A DNA stretch of 32,000 nucleotides from Candidatus Arthromitus sp. SFB-mouse-Japan (lineage in GTDB: Bacteria > Bacillota > Clostridia > Clostridiales > Clostridiaceae). The stretch is taken from the NCBI RefSeq assembly GCF_000270205.1, contig NC_015913.1, positions 90,001-122,000 on the forward strand, written 5' to 3'. Below, one piece after another: positions 27,891 through 32,000 of the stretch; the stretch's first letter is position 1; every line of letters begins with the position of its first letter. The translations under genes were made by a program, and so were the position numbers. Under the pieces are notes generated by a model that saw nothing but the letters and a program-made list of their open reading frames with translations, made no database searches and had not been told where the DNA came from.

Positions 27891-27919
27891 TTGACTTTAC
27901 ATAAACAAGGTGGTAAAGT
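27891..27919 (+). promoter_or_regulatory. Predicted rightward early promoter for the cro-like gene
   Basis: TTGACT (27891-27896), 17-nt spacer, TAAAGT (27914-27919). The SD GGAGGTGA precedes the ATG at 27966. Confidence 0.45.
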
Positions 27920-27965
27920 GTGATTGTAGATTAATAATAAACATAATGGACATGGAGGTGAGCAA

Positions 27966-28169
27966 ATGGATAATATAAGGCTAGTGGATTGTATACACAA
28001 ATCAGGATTAAAACACAAATACATTGCAGGTCAACTGTCATTAAGTAAGCAGGGGTGGAGTAATAAAATCAACAACAGGACAGAGTTTAGGCTGTCAGAA
28101 ATTAAAAGATTATGCACATTACTTAACCTTGATAGTAAGCAGAGAGATCATATTTTTTTTGAGGATTAA
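27966..28169 (+). CDS. Cro-like small HTH protein
   Basis: 67 aa, divergent from the repressor. HTH-like segment (HKYIAGQLSLSKQGWSNKINN) and a strong SD. Confidence 0.7.
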   Translation: MDNIRLVDCIHKSGLKHKYIAGQLSLSKQGWSNKINNRTEFRLSEIKRLCTLLNLDSKQRDHIFFED

Positions 28170-28185
28170 GTAGATTTAAAATATA

Positions 28186-28258
28186 CAAAGTAATGATAAA
28201 TAACGATAAGTTACGCTAAGTTACAACTAGTTAAATAATAACGTAAAAATAGATTGAA
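28186..28258. repeat. Intergenic linker cassette, copy 1 (others at 28807-28866 and 30091-30144)
   Basis: TTACGCTAAGTTACAACTAGTTAAATAATAACGTAAAAATAGATTG resembles TTACGCTACGTTACAACTAAGTAAATAATAACATAAAAAGGAGATTG in copy 2. In copy 1 the SD is decayed (ATAGATT versus AGGAGATT) and no gene follows. Confidence 0.7.
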
Positions 28259-28287
28259 AAAAGAAAAAGGCAAGCCAATAACTAAGC

Positions 28288-28503
28288 TTACCTTCTCGTT
28301 GGGTCATCTGATCTACCGACCAAATAATCAATAGATATATTGTAATAATCAGCTAATTTAATCAACGTATCATATTTAGGTTTAGATTTCCCATATTCGA
28401 GATTTTGATATGATCTATCGTTGATTTTAAGATAATTGGCTATATCTAATTGTGTTAGATTATTAGATAATCTTAGGGTTTTTAGTCTATCTTTAAAATC
28501 CAT
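28288..28503 (-). CDS. Xre-family HTH protein (71 aa), leftward member of divergent pair 2
   Basis: MDFKDRLKTLRLSNNLTQLDIANYL..SIDYLVGRSDDPTRR. The GTG start at 28545 in the ORF track overlaps the + strand -35 box, so the ATG at 28503 is preferred. Paralogue of 29554-29772. Confidence 0.8.
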   Translation of the reverse strand: MDFKDRLKTLRLSNNLTQLDIANYLKINDRSYQNLEYGKSKPKYDTLIKLADYYNISIDYLVGRSDDPTRR

Positions 28504-28538
28504 AAAAACATACCTTATTAAAAAATAAATAAAAATAG

Positions 28539-28567
28539 TTGACACGAACTAAACCTCGTGATATAGT
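28539..28567 (+). promoter_or_regulatory. Promoter for the 63-aa HTH gene
   Basis: TTGACA (28539-28544), 17-nt spacer, TATAGT (28562-28567). The inverted repeat ACCTCGT/ACGAGGT (28553-28559 / 28579-28585) brackets the -10 element. Confidence 0.6.
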
Positions 28568-28614
28568 GTATCTTGTAGACGAGGTAAACACCGTATCAAT
28601 TTTAAAGGAGGCGT

Positions 28615-28806
28615 ATGAATAATTTAAAAAAAATTCGAAATAAAGCTGGTCTAACCCAGATGTATTTATCTAGTCTGATAAATATAAACGTGCGTAGCTA
28701 CCAGAGTATAGAGCTCGGTAAAAGTTTACCGAGAGTAGATAGAGCATTAGCAATAGCAAAGATATTAAATACAACTGTGGAAGAACTATTTGGTAAAGAT
28801 AAGTAA
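28615..28806 (+). CDS. Xre-family HTH protein (63 aa), rightward member of pair 2
   Basis: MNNLKKIRNKAGLTQMYLS..AKILNTTVEELFGKDK. SD AAAGGAGG. Paralogue of 29890-30090. Confidence 0.8.
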   Translation: MNNLKKIRNKAGLTQMYLSSLININVRSYQSIELGKSLPRVDRALAIAKILNTTVEELFGKDK

Positions 28807-28866
28807 TGCTAAATTACGCTACGTTACAACTAAGTAAATAATAACATAAAAAGGAGATTGAGACAA
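28807..28866. repeat. Intergenic linker cassette, copy 2
   Basis: Shares ..ATAATAACATAAAAAGGAGATTGAGACAA followed by ATGGCAAATGA with copy 3. The first five codons (MANDI) are shared by the two downstream genes. Confidence 0.7.
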
Positions 28867-28938
28867 ATGGCAAATGACATAAAAGTATTTGAGCATGATG
28901 AATTTGGACAAATAAGAACAGTTTTAATTAATGAATGA
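28867..28938 (+). pseudogene. Detached N-terminal fragment of the antirepressor Bro-N domain (frameshifted)
   Basis: A good SD is followed by ATG and MANDIKVFEHDEFGQIRTVLINE*. The tandem AATGAATG at 28930-28937 shifts the frame. Removing one AATG fuses this fragment in frame to the 28931 ORF (..IRTVLINDQTWFVGKDVARALGY). Confidence 0.65.
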
Positions 28939-29551
28939 CCAAACATGGTTTGTTGGAAAAGATGTAGCTAGGGCTTTAGGATATGCAAATGGAAGCAGAG
29001 ATATAAATAGACATGTTGAGATCGAGGATAAAGTTTTGAGAAAATTACCACAATACCAAAACGGTAGTTTGGTATCAAACACAGTATTAATCAACGAATC
29101 AGGATTGTACAGTTTAATTTTATCAAGCAAATTGCCTAAAGCTAAGAAATTTAAAAGATGGGTGACTAGTGATGTATTACCATCAATACGGAATACAGGG
29201 GCTTATATAGCATCTAACAGACTTGATGAGTTAGATGATAGGGTTAAAAAATTAGAATCTAAAACAGTAATTGGCAAAGCCCAAAAGCCGATTGTGGGGG
29301 TTAACACATCAGAAATAGCATTTAGTTTAGGGATATCGCCTAAAGCTTTATTTGAATTTTTGAGATCGACTGGAGTCGCTAATCGTAAATGGGATAAATA
29401 CGAGTTGCACGATGATTATGTTGGATTTGGTTATATCCAGAATGCAAGAGTAGCTTATGAGAGATGCTACGAAAAAAGAATTAAATTTTGGACGCTTAAA
29501 GGCGTTTGGTTTGTAATGGATTTATATAATAAAAGGCAAGCCAATAACTAA
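28931..29551 (+). CDS. Phage antirepressor (Bro-N + KilAC/ANT domains), 5' part split off by a frameshift
   Basis: WFVGKDVARALGY..INESGLYSLILSSKLPKAKKFKRWVTSDVLPSIR is a Bro-N domain. The C-terminal half is KilAC-like (IAFSLGISPKALFEFLRSTGV..). There is no SD before the ATG at 28931. Confidence 0.75.
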   Translation: MNDQTWFVGKDVARALGYANGSRDINRHVEIEDKVLRKLPQYQNGSLVSNTVLINESGLYSLILSSKLPKAKKFKRWVTSDVLPSIRNTGAYIASNRLDELDDRVKKLESKTVIGKAQKPIVGVNTSEIAFSLGISPKALFEFLRSTGVANRKWDKYELHDDYVGFGYIQNARVAYERCYEKRIKFWTLKGVWFVMDLYNKRQANN

Positions 29552-29553
29552 GC

Positions 29554-29772
29554 TTACCTTCTAGTTGGATTAGTAGTCTCGCCGACTAAATAATCAATAG
29601 ATACATCGAAAAACCTTGCCAAAGCTATTAGTATATCAAAAGTAGGTTTGCGAGCATTCAACTCATAATTTTGTATACCTCTTTCGCTTATCCCTATAGC
29701 TTTAGCTAAATCTTTTTGGGTTATATTATTTTTAAGCCTTAAACCTTTTAAATGATTACCAAAATCAAACAT
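29554..29772 (-). CDS. Xre-family HTH protein (72 aa), leftward member of pair 3
   Basis: MFDFGNHLKGLRLKNNITQKDLAKAIG..SIDYLVGETTNPTRR. The longer ORF in the track (to 29820) runs into the + strand promoter. Confidence 0.8.
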   Translation of the reverse strand: MFDFGNHLKGLRLKNNITQKDLAKAIGISERGIQNYELNARKPTFDILIALARFFDVSIDYLVGETTNPTRR

Positions 29773-29807
29773 TTTACACATCTCGCTAAAAATTTTATTA
29801 AAAATAG

Positions 29808-29836
29808 TTGACACGAACAATTGTTCATGTTAATAT
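29808..29836 (+). promoter_or_regulatory. Promoter for the 66-aa HTH gene, with an embedded palindrome
   Basis: TTGACA (29808-29813), 17-nt spacer, TAATAT (29831-29836). The perfect palindrome GAACAATTGTTC (29815-29826) lies in the spacer. Confidence 0.6.
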
Positions 29837-29889
29837 ATATTTGTAACACGAACAAACGAGTATCAAGTAAGTTGAGAAAGGAGAAAAAA

Positions 29890-30090
29890 TTGCATAATAA
29901 TTTAAAGCCAATCCGTGATAAATTGGGTCTTACCCAAAATCAGGTATCAGATATAGCGGAGATAACTTTGAGAAGCTACCAAAACTATGAATACAGTAAA
30001 CGGATACCTAAAGTAAACATCGCATTAGATATAGCAAAAGCTCTTAACACAACGGTGGAAGAACTATTTAGTAATGATAAATTACAATAA
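29890..30090 (+). CDS. Xre-family HTH protein (66 aa), rightward member of pair 3
   Basis: The TTG start lies 6 nt after AAGGAG. (M)HNNLKPIRDKLGLTQNQVS..AKALNTTVEELFSNDKLQ aligns with the 63-aa paralogue. The start at 29821 in the ORF track lies inside the promoter. Confidence 0.75.
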   Translation: MHNNLKPIRDKLGLTQNQVSDIAEITLRSYQNYEYSKRIPKVNIALDIAKALNTTVEELFSNDKLQ

Positions 30091-30144
30091 ATTACGTTAA
30101 GTAATGATAAGTAACATAATAACACAAAAAGGAGATTAGGACAA
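30091..30144. repeat. Intergenic linker cassette, copy 3
   Basis: AAATTACGTTAAGTAATGATAAGTAACATAATAACACAAAAAGGAGATTAGGACAA precedes ATGGCAAATGAT. Confidence 0.7.
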
Positions 30145-30363
30145 ATGGCAAATGATATTTTATACACTGTACCCGAGGTATCAAAATTGATTAAAACCAA
30201 TCCATCTTATGTTTACACATTAATAAGATTAGGATTACTACCAGCGCTAAAACTTGGGAGTTTAAAAGTAAGGAGGACAAGCCTATTAGATTTTTTAGAG
30301 AGATTTGAAGGCAAGGATTTAACAGATTTGGAACATATAAGAGATTTAGAAACAGGAGTGTAA
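30145..30363 (+). CDS. Excisionase/MerR-type HTH DNA-binding protein (Xis-like)
   Basis: 72 aa. YTVPEVSKLIKTNPSYVYTLIRLGLLPALKLGS.KVRRTSLLDFLE is typical of excisionase-family HTH_17 domains. Confidence 0.65.
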   Translation: MANDILYTVPEVSKLIKTNPSYVYTLIRLGLLPALKLGSLKVRRTSLLDFLERFEGKDLTDLEHIRDLETGV

Positions 30364-30367
30364 AAGT

Positions 30368-30547
30368 ATGATAAGAAAACAAATTGAATCTTTAATTGGA
30401 CAAGTTGATGATAGGACTTATGCCGAGGCTCTGAAAATGACCGAGGCAGATATTAAAGCTAACAGGTTAAGCTTTAATCTGAAAACACAAATAGAAGACT
30501 TTATTTTAATCCTTATTAACTCTATTAAGATAATAAGGAGAAAATAA
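30368..30547 (+). CDS. Hypothetical small protein (59 aa, below the ORF-track cutoff)
   Basis: ATG at 30368 lies 4 nt after the upstream stop, preceded by AGGAG. MIRKQIESLIGQVDDRTYAEALKMTEADIKANRLSFNLKTQIEDFILILINSIKIIRRK*. Confidence 0.35.
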   Translation: MIRKQIESLIGQVDDRTYAEALKMTEADIKANRLSFNLKTQIEDFILILINSIKIIRRK

Positions 30548-30632
30548 AATCTCCAAAAATAAAAAACCAATATGATTGTACCAAATATTTAATAATAAGA
30601 AAAGTTTTTTAACAAATAAAAATGTATGAGGT

Positions 30633-30899
30633 ATGGATCCGTTAACTGATGAGTTGGTAATAGCTTATAGTGTACAACCAAACGATACAGAGGTAAAAAT
30701 AGTCAAACTAAAACTAGAAGAATGGGACAAGGATGAATTAAAAGATATACTTGCGGGGGATTTTGTAACCTTTGAGACGTTAGAGGTAGTCACACCAGAG
30801 GAACTATCAGATGTAGTATCTGATTGGATAAGCTTTAATGATGATCTGACAGATGATGAGTTTATAGATTCTTGTGTAAAAAATATAACTAAACAGTAA
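30633..30899 (+). CDS. Hypothetical acidic phage protein
   Basis: 88-aa ORF, strongly acidic, co-oriented with the early operon. No motif recognised. Confidence 0.55.
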   Translation: MDPLTDELVIAYSVQPNDTEVKIVKLKLEEWDKDELKDILAGDFVTFETLEVVTPEELSDVVSDWISFNDDLTDDEFIDSCVKNITKQ

Positions 30900-30915
30900 T
30901 GGAGGACTGAAATTT

Positions 30916-31215
30916 ATGATATTAACTTTTAAGCTAGATTCTAATGATACTAACGGGATTAAAAAATTAATAACTTTATGTGAAAATTTACTAAGTTTTG
31001 AAGAAACAGCTACCCCGGAACTTGAATTTGTTAGGGAAGAACCTAAAACAGATATTAAAATTGATGACTTGAGGAATGCATTAATAAAGTTAGCAAAGGA
31101 TAAAGGGAAAGAAACTGCCAAAGAATTACTAAATGAATTTAAGGTTGAAAAACTTACAGATGTAAATACATCTGACTATGATAGATTATTACAGCGTATA
31201 CGTGAGGTGCAATAA
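30916..31215 (+). CDS. Hypothetical phage protein
   Basis: 99-aa ORF preceded by GGAGGA. Its stop overlaps the next start (TAATG). Confidence 0.55.
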   Translation: MILTFKLDSNDTNGIKKLITLCENLLSFEETATPELEFVREEPKTDIKIDDLRNALIKLAKDKGKETAKELLNEFKVEKLTDVNTSDYDRLLQRIREVQ

Positions 31216-32000
31216 TGTTACATGCTAAATTATCAGCAAGTGGTGCTAAAAAGTGGATTAATTGTCCTTTATCAGTAGTGCTGGAAAGTAAGATGCCGAA
31301 TGAAGAAACACCATATGCAAAAGAAGGAACTTTAGCCCACGAATTAAGTGAATTAAAGCTTAGAAGGGAATTAAATCTAATAGGTAAAGAGGCTTATGAT
31401 ACCGAAGTTAGTAAACTTGATTATGATGATGAGATGGACAAGTATACAGATTATTACTGTGATGTAGTGATGGAGATTGTAAATAAATATGATCGCAATT
31501 ATAGCACGGTCAGACTAGAGGAAAAGGTCGATTTTAGTCCATGGGTGCCAGAGGGATTTGGGACATCTGATGTAATCATTATATCGGATAACACCGCGGA
31601 AGTAGTTGATCTCAAATATGGTAAAGGTGTTAAAGTATCTGCAGATAACAACCCTCAATTAATGCTCTATGCACTAGGTGTATTAAACGATTACAATTAT
31701 ATTTGTGATATTAAAGAGGTTAATTTAACAATTGTACAACCTAGGCTGGATAGTATATCTAGTTTTAAGATAAATGTTTATGATCTGCTTGAGTGGGGCG
31801 AGACTATAAGAGTTAAAGCATTAAAAGCTTTTAATGGTGAAGGAGATTGTGTAGTAGGTAAGCATTGCGATGATGGATTTTGTAGAGCTCGCCCTATCTG
31901 TAAAGCCTACGCTGATGAGAGACTAAAGATAGCCAAATATGATTTTAAAGATCCAGCGGAATTAAGTGCTGATGATATAGCAGATATCCTCGGGACTGTA
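31215..32000 (+). CDS. DUF2800-like PD-(D/E)XK nuclease (Cas4-like, Cys cluster); 3' end lies outside the window
   Basis: Not in the ORF track because no stop falls within the window. Open for 262 codons: MLHAKLSASGAKKWINCP.., nuclease motif SDVIII..VVDLKYGKG, and C-terminal cysteines CVVGKHCDDGFCRARPIC. Confidence 0.75.
   Translation, partial: MLHAKLSASGAKKWINCPLSVVLESKMPNEETPYAKEGTLAHELSELKLRRELNLIGKEAYDTEVSKLDYDDEMDKYTDYYCDVVMEIVNKYDRNYSTVRLEEKVDFSPWVPEGFGTSDVIIISDNTAEVVDLKYGKGVKVSADNNPQLMLYALGVLNDYNYICDIKEVNLTIVQPRLDSISSFKINVYDLLEWGETIRVKALKAFNGEGDCVVGKHCDDGFCRARPICKAYADERLKIAKYDFKDPAELSADDIADILGTV

Larger units (their letters stand above)
21218..32000. mobile_element. Integrated temperate phage (prophage), left arm; right end lies outside the window
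   Basis: There is an abrupt switch from housekeeping genes to int, a cI-like repressor, a cro-like gene, an antirepressor, an xis-like gene and a DUF2800 nuclease. Integrase is at the extreme left, as at an attL junction. Confidence 0.85.

Noticed and set aside
28504-28545. Longer starts for the small HTH genes (GTG 28545 and ATG 29820 on the minus strand; TTG 29821 on the plus strand)
   Set aside because: These extensions run through the TTGACA-17-TATAGT and TTGACA-17-TAATAT promoters and add hydrophobic junk absent from the paralogue. Internal starts at 28503, 29772 and 29890 give mutually alignable 63-72-aa proteins.
29024-29058. Possible fourth self-like spacer match: array 1 spacer 1 shares GAGGATAAAG, in frame (EDK), with the antirepressor Bro-N domain
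   Set aside because: Only the first 10 nt match and the overall identity is about 18/35. That is indistinguishable from chance in AT-rich DNA. The other spacers (array 1 spacer 3, array 2 spacers 3 and 4) gave only 9-10-nt seeds anywhere in the window.
28924-31121. Minus-strand ORFs 28924-29130, 29985-30200, 30191-30382 and 30807-31121 in the phage early region
   Set aside because: Each lies antisense to a better-supported plus-strand gene with recognisable domains or an SD. They are low-complexity and lack SDs.

Overview
This is low-GC Firmicute (Clostridium-like) chromosomal DNA. Bases 1-21217 are an ordinary co-directional (+) housekeeping block: uvrA (5' end outside the window), a SEDS protein plus class-B PBP, uvrC, murB, rapZ, a yvcK-like gene, whiA, one hypothetical, asnB, dnaE, pfkA, pyk and an rlmD/rumA-like methyltransferase. 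I found nothing unusual there. From about 21.2 kb to the window end is the left arm of an integrated temperate phage. It carries a tyrosine integrase, a variable accessory region, a LexA-like (HTH+S24) repressor, a Cro-like gene, two further divergent Xre-HTH pairs, a frameshifted Bro-N/KilAC antirepressor, an Xis-like HTH protein, small hypotheticals and a DUF2800/Cas4-like nuclease (3' end outside the window). The interesting part is the int-to-repressor interval, which holds two tandem versions of one module. Each version runs: int-upstream sequence, defence-like cargo, a 166-bp conserved leader, a mini-CRISPR array with type I-C-like 32-bp repeats, a hairpin, then the repressor 3' end. Cargo 1 is an ABC/AAA ATPase translationally coupled to a small Toprim-like protein (AbiL/PARIS/OLD-like architecture). 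Cargo 2 is a protein with a HEPN-type Rx4H motif. No cas genes are in the window. Three of the seven spacers match this prophage's own lysogeny or early genes imperfectly, mostly at synonymous sites: Xis-like 32/33, antirepressor 27/34 with a TTC PAM, repressor 27/33. This suggests phage-borne arrays aimed at sibling phages. The early region also shows three reiterated immunity-like modules joined by conserved linkers, a deletion scar and a 4-bp tandem-duplication frameshift.
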